Below, piece after piece: positions 49,900 to 59,039 of a stretch of 64,000 nucleotides of DNA. The translations under genes were made by a program, and so were the position numbers. Under the pieces are notes generated by a model, which ran no database searches, had not been told where the DNA came from, and saw only the letters and a program-made list of their open reading frames with translations. The stretch comes from Cyanobacteriota bacterium. Lineage in GTDB: Bacteria; Cyanobacteriota; Cyanobacteriia; Thermostichales; Thermostichaceae. The stretch lies in the NCBI GenBank assembly GCA_033764955.1, contig JANRIL010000020.1, forward strand, positions 32,001 through 96,000, written 5' to 3'. Positions within the stretch are counted from its first letter, which is position 1; every line of letters starts with the position of its first letter.

Positions 49900-51036
49900 A
49901 TGCTCTATCGCCGCTTTGGTCAAACCAATATCCATATCTCGGTTTTTTCGCTGGGGCTGATGCGGCTGGTGTATGAAAGTCGAGCAGTGGCTCACCAAAC
50001 CCTGAAAGTGGCTTTAGCCGCAGGCATCAATCACTTAGAAACCGCTCCATCCTACGGAAATAGTGAAGTTCAATTGGCAGAACTGTTGCCGGAAGTATGT
50101 GCCGAATTGGGATTACAGCGCCCACAATTGGTCATCACCAGTAAACTCTTGCCAACCGGATCCGCGGCAGCGGTGCAGGATCGTTTACAGGGATCCCTAA
50201 CCCGCCTCAGGCTCAATTATTTGGATCTGTTGGCGTGGCATGGCATCAATTTGCCCGAGCATTTGGAGTGGGTGTTAGAGGTGGGGTTACCCGCCGTGCA
50301 GCCATTCATTGAGCAGGGAAAAATTCGCTTTGTCGGATTTTCTAGCCATGCTCCCTTAAGCCTACTGTTAGAAACTGTGCAGACGGGGGCTTTTGCTTTT
50401 GTCAATTTGCACTATTACTATTTTCATCAGCGGAATCAGCCCGTTTTAGCAGCAGCCCAACACCAAGATATGGGCGTGTTTATTATTTCTCCAGCGGACA
50501 AAGGAGGGATGCTTTATCGACCGCCCCTGCTCCTCCAGCAACTGTGTCACCCCTTCAGCCCCTTAGAATTTGGCTATCGGTTTCTCCTGGCGGATCCACG
50601 CATTCATACCCTCAGTGTCGGGCTGGCTCACCCCCAAGAAATTACCCCCGCCTTGACCGCTTTAGAATCTAGCCAGGACTGGCAACACTGGGGATCCCTG
50701 ATTGAGCAGCGTTTAGCGGATCAGATGCACCGTCGCCTCGGACCTGATCGTTGTGCCCAGTGCTACGCCTGCCTGCCCTGTCCGCAGGGGATCCCGATTC
50801 CCGAAGTTCTCCGCCTCCGCAACGGCGCAGTGGCTCTGGATATGACCGATTATGCCCAATATCGTTACAACATGTTGGGGCAAGCCGGCCATTGGTTCCC
50901 TGGGGAAAAAGCGGATAGCTGCCAAACCTGTGGAGACTGTCTGCCCCGTTGCCCTGAGCAATTGCGGATCCCGGATCTGCTGGCGGATGCCCATCAACGG
51001 CTGCAACAATCTCCGATTCGCCGCCTCTGGGAATAA
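49900..51036 (+). CDS. Aldo/keto reductase with C-terminal Fe-S domain
   Basis: INHLETAPSYG, VGFSSH, CAQCYACLPCP, CQTCGDCLPRCP. Confidence 0.9.
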   Translation: MLYRRFGQTNIHISVFSLGLMRLVYESRAVAHQTLKVALAAGINHLETAPSYGNSEVQLAELLPEVCAELGLQRPQLVITSKLLPTGSAAAVQDRLQGSLTRLRLNYLDLLAWHGINLPEHLEWVLEVGLPAVQPFIEQGKIRFVGFSSHAPLSLLLETVQTGAFAFVNLHYYYFHQRNQPVLAAAQHQDMGVFIISPADKGGMLYRPPLLLQQLCHPFSPLEFGYRFLLADPRIHTLSVGLAHPQEITPALTALESSQDWQHWGSLIEQRLADQMHRRLGPDRCAQCYACLPCPQGIPIPEVLRLRNGAVALDMTDYAQYRYNMLGQAGHWFPGEKADSCQTCGDCLPRCPEQLRIPDLLADAHQRLQQSPIRRLWE

Positions 51037-51116
51037 CACCATTCACCCGCTAACCATAGCAAGCCGCAGCGAAAGGTGTAGAGTAAGAGATTAAGAGAGT
51101 GCAAGCAACCGTCGTC

Positions 51117-52376
51117 ATGGCTTGGTCGCGTCGTCATTTTTTGAGCAGTAGTGCGGCTTTGGCGCTTGGTTCTTGTGCGGCTCGCCGTACGGCTCCTGCT
51201 GTGGCTTCCTCCATCCGTTTTTGGACGATGCAGCTCAAGCCTACCTTTGATGCCTATATGCAGGAGCGGCTGACCGCCTTCGCCGGCATGGCGGAAGGTG
51301 TTCCTGTCGAGTGGGTGGATGTTCCTTGGGGGGACATGGAAAACAAGATTCTCACGGCGGTAGCAGCCAACACAGGGCCGGATGTCGTGAATCTCAATCC
51401 CCAATTTGCCTCCCGCCTCGCCGAAAAAAACGCCCTCGTCGATCTGGCTCCCCTACTTAGCCCCTCCCAGCAAGCCGTTTATTTCCCTAACCTCTGGCGA
51501 GCCAACCAATTGGGATCCGTCACCTTTGGCTTGCCTTGGTATGTCGCCACCGATATCACCCTTTACAACCGCGACCTGCTCCGTCAAGCGGACTGGGATC
51601 CCGATCAGCCCCCCCAAACCTACAGCCAGCTAGCCAGTGCCGCCATTCAGATCCGGCAAAAGACCGGCAAGCCTGGTTTTATGTTGACAATGGATGGCAG
51701 CCAGATGTTAGAGGCGATGGTGCTGATGGATATGGCCCTGCTGGATGAGGAGGGTCAAGCCGCCTTTGACGATGCCATCGGGCGAGAAGCTTTTGCCTAT
51801 TGGGTGGATCTGTTGCAGGCGGGCGGGATCCCACGGGAAACCCTGACGGAAAGCCACCGCCGTGCTATCGAGCTTTATCAGGCGGGAGAACTGGCCATGC
51901 TCTTGACGGGACCGCAGTTGCTCACGCAGATCGTGGAGAATGCCCCTCAGATCGCTCAGGTTTCTGATGTTGCCCCCCAAATCGCCGGCAGCCAGGGACG
52001 GAAAAGCGCCAGTGTCATGAATCTAGTGATTCCCCAAAAATCCCAAAATATCCCCGCCGCCCTTCAGTTTGCCCTGTTTCTCACCAACAGTCCCAATCAA
52101 TTGGCCTTTGCTCAGATCGCCAATACCCTCCCTTCCACCATCGCCACCGTCTCGGATCCCTATTTCACCCAGTCCACCTCCGACAGTCTGCTGGAGAAAG
52201 CCCGCCTTCTCAGTGCCGCTCAACTCAGTCAATCGGAAGTGCTGATCCCGCCCATGCAGGGTCTCGATGATCTCCGCAAAATTATCTATGAAGAACTGCA
52301 ACTGGCGATGCTGCAACAAAAAACAGTTGATCAAGCCGTTACCGATGCCGCCACTCGTTGGAACCAACGCCTCTAA
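51117..52376 (+). CDS. Sugar ABC transporter substrate-binding lipoprotein
   Basis: Tat-like SRRHFL, LGSC lipobox, WVDVPW, PDVVNLNP. Confidence 0.85.
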   Translation: MAWSRRHFLSSSAALALGSCAARRTAPAVASSIRFWTMQLKPTFDAYMQERLTAFAGMAEGVPVEWVDVPWGDMENKILTAVAANTGPDVVNLNPQFASRLAEKNALVDLAPLLSPSQQAVYFPNLWRANQLGSVTFGLPWYVATDITLYNRDLLRQADWDPDQPPQTYSQLASAAIQIRQKTGKPGFMLTMDGSQMLEAMVLMDMALLDEEGQAAFDDAIGREAFAYWVDLLQAGGIPRETLTESHRRAIELYQAGELAMLLTGPQLLTQIVENAPQIAQVSDVAPQIAGSQGRKSASVMNLVIPQKSQNIPAALQFALFLTNSPNQLAFAQIANTLPSTIATVSDPYFTQSTSDSLLEKARLLSAAQLSQSEVLIPPMQGLDDLRKIIYEELQLAMLQQKTVDQAVTDAATRWNQRL

Positions 52377-52521
52377 CCGAGAGTGTTCTCAAAAAATCTT
52401 GGAACCAACCGTTGAAAAAATAGTCTTAAAAAAGTAGTCAAAGAAACCGTTTTCCGAAGTTTTTTCGACTCAACAGATGAGTGTTTAATACTTAACCATC
52501 CCCAAACAGCGGAGAGCCACA

Positions 52522-53529
52522 GTGAGGAAGATGCTCATGACGTTGTCAAAATCAGTCATCGCCTGTCTCCTTTTGGGACTATTGACAACCGCCTGTCAAC
52601 CCCAATCCTCTGATAACTCCCAGAGCACCCCTTCCGAAACCACCCCCCCTGCTTCCTCCCCCACCCCCCAACCCTCTCTTGATCCGGCAGGGGATCCCTC
52701 ACTCCCCCCTTCCCCCCAGGTTGAGGCAAGCCCTGAACTAACCACTGAACCAATAGCAATGGGGGATAGCAGTCAAACCTCCCTCGATTGGGCAGGAGTC
52801 TATCAAGGGGTTGTGCCCTGTGCCAGTTGCTCCGGCATTGAAACTACCCTCACCCTCAATCCCGATCGTTCCTACCGCCTGACCCTCCGCTATCTGGGTG
52901 AGTCGGATGAGGAGATAGAAAGGAGCGGAACGTTTAGCTGGAATGAGCAAGGCAATACCATCACCCTCAGCAATAGTGACAATGCCCCTAGCCAATATCT
53001 CGTGGGAGAAAATCAGTTGATTCAACTGGATCAGCAAGGGGAACGGATTACGGGGGGGCTAGCCGACCAATACATCCTCAGCAAAATGGATAGTTCCAGT
53101 GAGAGTTCCAGTGACAGCTCCAGTCGCTTATCCCAGGCTAGTCCGTTGGGTGAGGAGCCATCCACAACTTCTAAAAATCCTCTGTTTGATACCCGCTGGC
53201 AACTGATTGAGCTAAGAGGGGAACCGATAGAAGTTCGTTCCGATGCCCAAGCGGTACCATTTCTTCTCTTCAACACTAAGGACAATGCCTTACAAGGCTC
53301 TGGCGGCTGTAACCAATTGCGAGGATCCTATCAACGGCAAGCGGGCAACCGTCTGAGTTTCTCGCAGGTGGCTACCACCCAAAAAGCCTGTGCCGATATG
53401 GCTCTGGAATCTGCTTTTTTGGAGGTATTGGGGATGGTGGACAACTACACCCTCAGCAATGACCAGCTCAGTTTGCATAAAGCTAAAATGGCTCCTCTCA
53501 TGCGTCTTCAGGCGGTAGAAGCTCCGTAA
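52522..53529 (+). CDS. NlpE-N plus META domain lipoprotein
   Basis: LTTAC lipobox, LDWAGVYQGVVPCASCSGI, GSGGCN, TQKAC. Confidence 0.85.
   Translation: MRKMLMTLSKSVIACLLLGLLTTACQPQSSDNSQSTPSETTPPASSPTPQPSLDPAGDPSLPPSPQVEASPELTTEPIAMGDSSQTSLDWAGVYQGVVPCASCSGIETTLTLNPDRSYRLTLRYLGESDEEIERSGTFSWNEQGNTITLSNSDNAPSQYLVGENQLIQLDQQGERITGGLADQYILSKMDSSSESSSDSSSRLSQASPLGEEPSTTSKNPLFDTRWQLIELRGEPIEVRSDAQAVPFLLFNTKDNALQGSGGCNQLRGSYQRQAGNRLSFSQVATTQKACADMALESAFLEVLGMVDNYTLSNDQLSLHKAKMAPLMRLQAVEAP
53477..53529 (+). repeat. Left copy of diverged 53-bp direct repeat (3' end of META gene)
   Basis: 43/53 identical to 57929-57981 by manual alignment. Confidence 0.85.
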
Positions 53530-53599
53530 ACCGCCCTTATTCACGACCTATCCACAACATTCTCAGGGATCCAAGAGGCCGAAGATGCCTGATTACGCC

Positions 53600-54413
53600 A
53601 CCCTGCCGTTTTCCGCCGCATGGGTTTGGCTGTCGGACAATCTCTCTGAGCGAGCGCCAGGTGACTGAGCGAGGACTGACGGTGGAGAGCCTCAAGTTGG
53701 GGTGGGGGATGGTGTTTGTTACCAAGACCCAGGCTCCGGCAAGGAGACGCTGATCCGCTTGGAGGCTGAGCGGGGATTTGAAGGGATCCCTGGGGCTAGT
53801 AGGTCGCAGCAACGCTCGGAGATGATGCGCCAGATTTTGCGGCGATTGGATCTGGTGAATGCCGCTTGGGTGCGGCAGGAGATGGCAGCGATTGATCAGG
53901 GAATTAAGGAGCGGCGTTCACCTCCAAGCTGGGTGCAAAGTGCGATGGGACAGGCAGAGACCCTGGATCAGGTGGAGACCGAAGATCCGCAATAAGGTAG
54001 ATCGAGAGCGGGCTTACGTGGTGGATGCCGATGGCACGGTAGTCCTGACTAAAGACGGTGAGGCCTTGTCGGTGGACTTCACCTACGAGGAGATGCAATT
54101 GATTCGGGGCAAGGTGTTTACCCACAATCATCCCAAAGGGGGATCCTTTTCTCGTGAAGATATCAACTTTTTGCTAACCGTCTACCCATCAGAGATGAGA
54201 GCAGTGAGTCGAGATTACCGATACTCAATGAAACTGCCCGATAATCCTATCGACGCATTCTTCGAGATCAGAAAGATATTTGACCGGGTTAAAGAGTCTG
54301 TGCGACTGGAACTGGTAGAGCGAGTCAGGTCTGGCGAATCAACCCTTATTGCAGCCGAGCAGCAGTTTATGCACTTGTTAGCTGGCTTAGTTACGGGTGG
54401 TGATTGTAGTTGA
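53600..54413 (+). pseudogene. Phage MuF head-morphogenesis protein remnant with C-terminal JAB/MPN-like domain, frameshifted and cut by cassette insertion
   Basis: FPPHGFGCR.ISLSERQV.ERGL (53610 frame), GFEGIPG, then HNHPKGGSFSREDI. Confidence 0.65.
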
Positions 54414-54518
54414 AAGGTTACTGGTTGGGATTCGATGCTCTAGCCAACCTTCAAGACAGCGGCTATTCAGAAAATAAGGCGCTATACTGACAGATATTTG
54501 ACCATCGAAGATAAAACT

Positions 54519-56168
54519 ATGTTGAGAATTCAAGATTTAAACCTTGGTTTTAATGATGCTGAAAACTATAAAAGAAGTGAGAATAAGAGCCTTTTAAATA
54601 AAGTGTTTTTTAGGACAGACGAGCTTGATAGGCTTTGCGAGAGAAGCACGTTTTTCCTGATTGGTGAGAAAGGAACTGGAAAAACTGCTTGTGCTGTCTA
54701 CTTATCGAATAACGATTACAAAGATACACTATCATCAATTAATTATATTAGAGAGACGGACTATCAAAAGTTTGTTCAGATGAAGAAGAGAGAGCATCTT
54801 GCTCTTTCTGATTATGTAGATATTTGGAAAGTAATTCTATATCTACTGATCAGCAAAAACGTTAGTGAAAATGAGCCAAATAGTTTACTATTACCTAAAG
54901 CTATTAAGTTTCGCAATATTAATTCGGCTGTAGATGAGTATTATGCAAGAGCATTTTCTCCAGAAATCATAAATGCAATTAAGTTTGTAGAGAAATCCAA
55001 AATAGCTGCTGAACTTGTATCAAAATATGCCAAAGCTAGCGGAGAAGAAAGCGAAGAAATAGCGTTTTCTGAAAGCCTTTTTCAAATCAATCTCATGTAT
55101 GTCCAGAAGAAATTTGAAGAAGCATTCTCATCTCTAAAACTACAGAAGAATCATCTGCTGTTCATAGATGGAATTGATATTAGACCATCACGAATTGATT
55201 ATGAAGACTATCTTGAATGCGTTAAAGGCTTAGCAAACGCAGTATGGGCAATCAATAACGATGTATTTCCCAAAATAAAAGATTCAAAAGGACGGCTTAA
55301 AGTTGTGCTTCTAGTAAGACCTGATATTTTTGATTCCATAGGTTTGCAAAATCGGAATAATAAGATTAGAGATAACTCTGTTCTATTAAATTGGAATACA
55401 ACTTATAAAAATTACAGAAACTCCAAGTTGTTTGAAATGGCTGGAAAGTTGGTGGGGACTCAGCAAAATCCGCAAGTTCAGTATGATAAGGCTTGGGATT
55501 ACTATTTTCCCTACACAATCGAAAATAAAGCTAATAACAAGCAAAGCGAAAATGATCCATCATTTATTGGTTTCTTGAGATATTCTCTTTATCGCCCTAG
55601 AGATATTGTCACAATGCTCTCTATTCTTAAAGAAAATTTTATTGAGCAGAGACAAGATCCTAATAGAGTATTTTCTGAAGCGGATTTCTTTAACGCTGAG
55701 TTTGTCAGAAAGTATTCGGAATATCTGTTAGGTGAAATAAAGGATCAGTTGTCTTTTTACTACACGGAAAATGATTATCAACTTTTCCTTAAATTCTTCG
55801 AGTACTTGAAAGGAAAGAGCCAGTTTTCGTATGATGATTATCTCAGTGCTTATCAAGCGTTTGTAGGATATCTAGATTCAAATTCAATTAGAAGACCAAA
55901 ATTTTCTGAAGCGCCTGACGTATTTCTTCAATTTCTCTATGAGTTGAACGTCATTTTTTATATTGAGAAAGTATCGGGCGGAAACTTCATAAGACTATGC
56001 CTTCGAGAGCGAAACCCAACTAACATTTCTCCAAAAGTTAAAACACATCAAACATATCAAATTCACTACGGACTAATCGAAGAGCTTAACGTAGGTAAGA
56101 AATACACTACGCTTGAAGTAGCGTTTCGGCAGGCTTTCAATAGACCTCAGAAAATTGAGAATCAATAA
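54519..56168 (+). CDS. Sll1717/FunZ-type P-loop ATPase (cassette 1)
   Basis: LNLGFNDAE, GEKGTGKT, LFIDGID, RPDIF, RPRDI; very AT-rich; alternative TTG start 54498. Confidence 0.75.
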   Translation: MLRIQDLNLGFNDAENYKRSENKSLLNKVFFRTDELDRLCERSTFFLIGEKGTGKTACAVYLSNNDYKDTLSSINYIRETDYQKFVQMKKREHLALSDYVDIWKVILYLLISKNVSENEPNSLLLPKAIKFRNINSAVDEYYARAFSPEIINAIKFVEKSKIAAELVSKYAKASGEESEEIAFSESLFQINLMYVQKKFEEAFSSLKLQKNHLLFIDGIDIRPSRIDYEDYLECVKGLANAVWAINNDVFPKIKDSKGRLKVVLLVRPDIFDSIGLQNRNNKIRDNSVLLNWNTTYKNYRNSKLFEMAGKLVGTQQNPQVQYDKAWDYYFPYTIENKANNKQSENDPSFIGFLRYSLYRPRDIVTMLSILKENFIEQRQDPNRVFSEADFFNAEFVRKYSEYLLGEIKDQLSFYYTENDYQLFLKFFEYLKGKSQFSYDDYLSAYQAFVGYLDSNSIRRPKFSEAPDVFLQFLYELNVIFYIEKVSGGNFIRLCLRERNPTNISPKVKTHQTYQIHYGLIEELNVGKKYTTLEVAFRQAFNRPQKIENQ

Positions 56169-56202
56169 TTGGAGTGAAGTTGAAATCTACTGAGTTTTCG
56201 CC

Positions 56203-56289
56203 AGCTAACAACCCGGTTGGAGCGGACGTGCATAGTTCTTTTGTCTATCGTTCTAGTTTTCTGGTTGCCGCTCAACCGGAACGTTGAGC
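56203..56289 (+). mobile_element. attC site 1
   Basis: AGCTAAC..CCGGTTGgAGCGG...CCGCTCAACCGG..GTTGAGC, 87 nt. Confidence 0.88.
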
Positions 56290-56342
56290 CTAGGACGGTC
56301 GTGCTGAGACACTGAAGTGGATCATTCAACGGGAGGTATTTT

Positions 56343-56711
56343 ATGTCCGTATTTCGCAAAGATCAGAACGAGGTACACAGCCTTCACGGCAACCACATCG
56401 TCGGTGTTGCCACGCCTACCAGCGGCGCAAAGCAAGTTGAGATGTGGCACGGTCGCATGGATGCAAACTCCGCTACCCCACCGCACAGCCACGACACCGA
56501 AGAAGTTGTCCTGTTCCTGAAAGGCAGTGGTCGAGCCACGGTTGCCGACGCGGAAGTTCGCTACCACGCAGGGGACACACTGATCCTGCCGGCTGGCCAT
56601 GTGCACCAAATCTTCGCCGACACCGACAGTGAGTTCGTTTCAGCCAGTCCAAGCGGTGGCACGGTCAAACTTCCAGATGGTGTGGTTCTGGATCTTCCAT
56701 GGCGCAAGTAG
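56343..56711 (+). CDS. Cupin domain protein (cassette 2)
   Basis: PHSHDTEEVV, GDTLILPAGHVH; GGAGG RBS; GC-rich. Confidence 0.88.
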   Translation: MSVFRKDQNEVHSLHGNHIVGVATPTSGAKQVEMWHGRMDANSATPPHSHDTEEVVLFLKGSGRATVADAEVRYHAGDTLILPAGHVHQIFADTDSEFVSASPSGGTVKLPDGVVLDLPWRK

Positions 56712-56716
56712 CTTCG

Positions 56717-56785
56717 GCCCAACAACAGGTTCCAGTGCGACGTCCTCGCCTTCGGCGAGGACGCGCCTGAACCTGGGCGTTATAC
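56717..56785 (+). mobile_element. attC site 2
   Basis: GCCCAAC..CAGGTTcCAGtGCG-a-CGTCCTCGCC-TTC-GGCGAGGACG-CGCCTGAACCTG..GTTATAC, 69 nt. Confidence 0.92.
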
Positions 56786-56845
56786 GGCACAATAAATGAT
56801 GGTTTATGCAGATGAAGAATAGTCTATGTCGGTAAAAGAAGAAGT

Positions 56846-57253
56846 ATGTCGATAGAGGAAGAAGCCAAAGCGGTAGTGCGTCACTACGTCGAAGCATTTA
56901 ACCAAGGTGATTTAGATACACTGAAGGCACTGCTCACTGAGGATGCTGAGATTCAGGGTGTAATGGGCAAAGGTCTTATTGAGAAGATTGAGCCTATTTG
57001 GCGACAACTCATCGAGGGCTACGGTATGCAACTTAAGATCGAGGAGTTAATCGCGGAAGGCAATATCGTGGCAGCAAGGTATGTTGAGACAGGAGTTTTC
57101 AGATCACCAGCGTTTGGGAATCAGCCAACGGGAAAATCTTACGAGCTTGTTGCAATGGAATGGTTTGAAATAGAAGGGGGTAAAGTTAAACGCCGTTGGG
57201 GCGCTAGGGATGCTGCATCGCAGGCACGGCAACTAGGCATTCCTCTGCTTTAG
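56846..57253 (+). CDS. SnoaL-like ester cyclase / NTF2-fold protein (cassette 3)
   Basis: VVRHYVEAFNQGD, IEELIAEGNIVAAR, PTGKS, GKVKRRWG. Confidence 0.88.
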   Translation: MSIEEEAKAVVRHYVEAFNQGDLDTLKALLTEDAEIQGVMGKGLIEKIEPIWRQLIEGYGMQLKIEELIAEGNIVAARYVETGVFRSPAFGNQPTGKSYELVAMEWFEIEGGKVKRRWGARDAASQARQLGIPLL

Positions 57254-57267
57254 CCTGAATACATGCC

Positions 57268-57356
57268 GTATAACATAATTCGCTTGGAGTGGACGGAACA
57301 GAGGTTATCTGTGGGTGTTCAAGGTTATCTACCGCCGCAAGACTTCACCGTTGGGC
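57268..57356 (+). mobile_element. attC site 3 (degenerate arms)
   Basis: GTATAAC..GCTTGGAGTGGACGG...GTTCAAGGTTATCTACCGCCGCAAG..GTTGGGC. Confidence 0.75.
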
Positions 57357-57463
57357 TGCTCAGTTCATATACTCAGTTCGTATAAGTTCATATAATGGAG
57401 AGGTAGTTCATTGGCTCTCTCCCAATACTTAGGGAATATCTGATATGAACAATATTCAGATGA

Positions 57464-57913
57464 ATGGTCAAGCTCATCACCACTGTCACTGACACTGACC
57501 TCTGGCAACTCTTTGCTCGGATCGATACAACTTTACGTAACCCTCAGCCCCTCTACCAAGCCTGAGCCAATCACCTCAAATCCCGCGTCGTCGCCGCCTT
57601 CAAACAAGAAACCTCACCCGCTGATCAAGCATGGCCGGAACTTAAGAGCGCCACCATCCATCGCAAAAGCCGGAACTCCCGCAGTATCAACAAGAAGCTT
57701 CGAGATACAAGAACTCTCTATGACTCAATAGCTGCTCGTGCGATGCCCGATGGCGCGGCAATCGGCACCAATCAGCGAGTGGGATCCTACAGTCTGGGGG
57801 CAATCCACCAATACGGCGCGCCCCGCCAACGGATCCGGCTGCGTCCGTTTTTGCCTGTGGACGCAAATGGCAACCTTCTGGAGAAAGACATTTTAAAGAG
57901 GCGGTTGGTTTGA
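57464..57913 (+). pseudogene. Phage virion morphogenesis protein (Mu gpG-like) with internal TGA at 57563
   Basis: Manual translation: F.QETSP.DQAW.EL..AT, LRDT.TLYDSI, IGTN, AIHQYG, RPFLP. Confidence 0.8.
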
Positions 57914-57928
57914 CTCAAGACTGGCTGA

Positions 57929-57981
57929 ATAAAGCGAAGATAGCTCCTCTCATGTCTTTTGAAGTGGTAGAAGCTCCCTAA
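57929..57981 (+). repeat. Right copy of diverged 53-bp direct repeat
   Basis: Encodes KAKIAPLMSFEVVEAP* vs KAKMAPLMRLQAVEAP* in the left copy. Confidence 0.85.
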
Positions 57982-58077
57982 TTGGCTCTTATCACCTATC
58001 CATCCTCAAAACATCCTCAAACAATTGCAAATCCTTCTAAGCTAGGGGAGGATTGGTCAAGAAAGGGATCCCGGATC

Positions 58078-58713
58078 ATGGTGAGGGTGTTGCTGCCTTT
58101 GGTGGATGGCTTTGAAGAGATTGAAGCGGTGACGGTGATCGATATTCTGCGGCGGGCTGAGATAGAGGTGGTGGTGGCAGCACTAGGGGAGATCTGGGTA
58201 ACGGGCAGTCATGGCATAGTGCTCAAAGCGGATACAGGGTTGGGGGATCTCCTGAATGCATGTGGGGGATCCCTGGCGGCGGACTGTCAACAGCTAGCTA
58301 AGCAGTTTGATGGATTGGTGTTGCCGGGTGGCCCTGGCACAGCCACCTTGCAAGCAGACGGGCAGGTTGGGGAATTGGTGCGGGCTTTTGCTGACCAGAA
58401 TCGCTGGCTAGCCGCCATCTGCGCGGCTCCCATGGTCTTGGCTCAACAGGGGATCCTCCAGCAAAAAGCCGCCACTAGCTACTTCAGCCGCGAGGTTTAT
58501 CAGCAAGCCAGGGCAGGGCAGATCACCTTGAATGTGGTGACAGGACCTATTGCCGACTATCAACTGGATCCCGTCGTGGTGGATGGCAACGTGATCACCA
58601 GCCGAGGGGCAGGTACGGCGGTAGCCTTTGCGCTGGCATTGGTGCAGGCATGGTTAGGCGAATCACGGGCGCTAGCAATTGCTCAATCCATTCACGCCCC
58701 TTGGCCGATCTAG
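58078..58713 (+). CDS. DJ-1/PfpI (YajL-like) family protein
   Basis: GFEEIEAVTVIDILRRA, LPGG, AICAAP, ITSRGAGT. Confidence 0.92.
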   Translation: MVRVLLPLVDGFEEIEAVTVIDILRRAEIEVVVAALGEIWVTGSHGIVLKADTGLGDLLNACGGSLAADCQQLAKQFDGLVLPGGPGTATLQADGQVGELVRAFADQNRWLAAICAAPMVLAQQGILQQKAATSYFSREVYQQARAGQITLNVVTGPIADYQLDPVVVDGNVITSRGAGTAVAFALALVQAWLGESRALAIAQSIHAPWPI

Positions 58714-59039
58714 GATGGATCGATGGCTTGCGGCGAATCGATAGGGGGTGAAGCAGTGGAGGAGGATCCCTGTTGATCCACCGCTTGCTTAAAGCCAAAC
58801 GCCACTAACAGATTGGAAACGGTTAAAAAGGCTTCCGCCCCCCCGTGCAAGACATCTACGTTAGCGAGAGAGGTGCCCAGGCGGAGTTGAGCATAAATTC
58901 CGGCGGGAATTGTCACAGCCACAAACACCAACAAGACATAAAAGCCGATCAGTGCCAAGCGAGGGGTGTTGGGGGTCTTGCTCAAAAACCACAAGAAAGC
59001 CAAATAGGGGAATAGAGATAGGGCAAACAAATTGCTCAT
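58710..59039 (-). CDS. DUF3593 membrane protein
   Basis: LFALSLFPYLAFL, LANVDVLHGGAE. Confidence 0.85.
   Translation of the reverse strand: MSNLFALSLFPYLAFLWFLSKTPNTPRLALIGFYVLLVFVAVTIPAGIYAQLRLGTSLANVDVLHGGAEAFLTVSNLLVAFGFKQAVDQQGSSSTASPPIDSPQAIDPS

Larger units (their letters stand above)
54377..57356 (+). mobile_element. Integron gene-cassette array without integrase (CALIN), 3 cassettes
   Basis: Three attC sites; cassette starts GTTAGCTGGC, GTTGAGC and GTTATACGGCA are complementary to their own ends GCCAGCTAAC, GCCCAAC (6/7) and TGCCGTATAAC. Confidence 0.88.

Noticed and set aside
53530..57930. Intact prophage or integron integrase
   Set aside because: No integrase, transposase, portal or capsid genes; only two decayed phage genes
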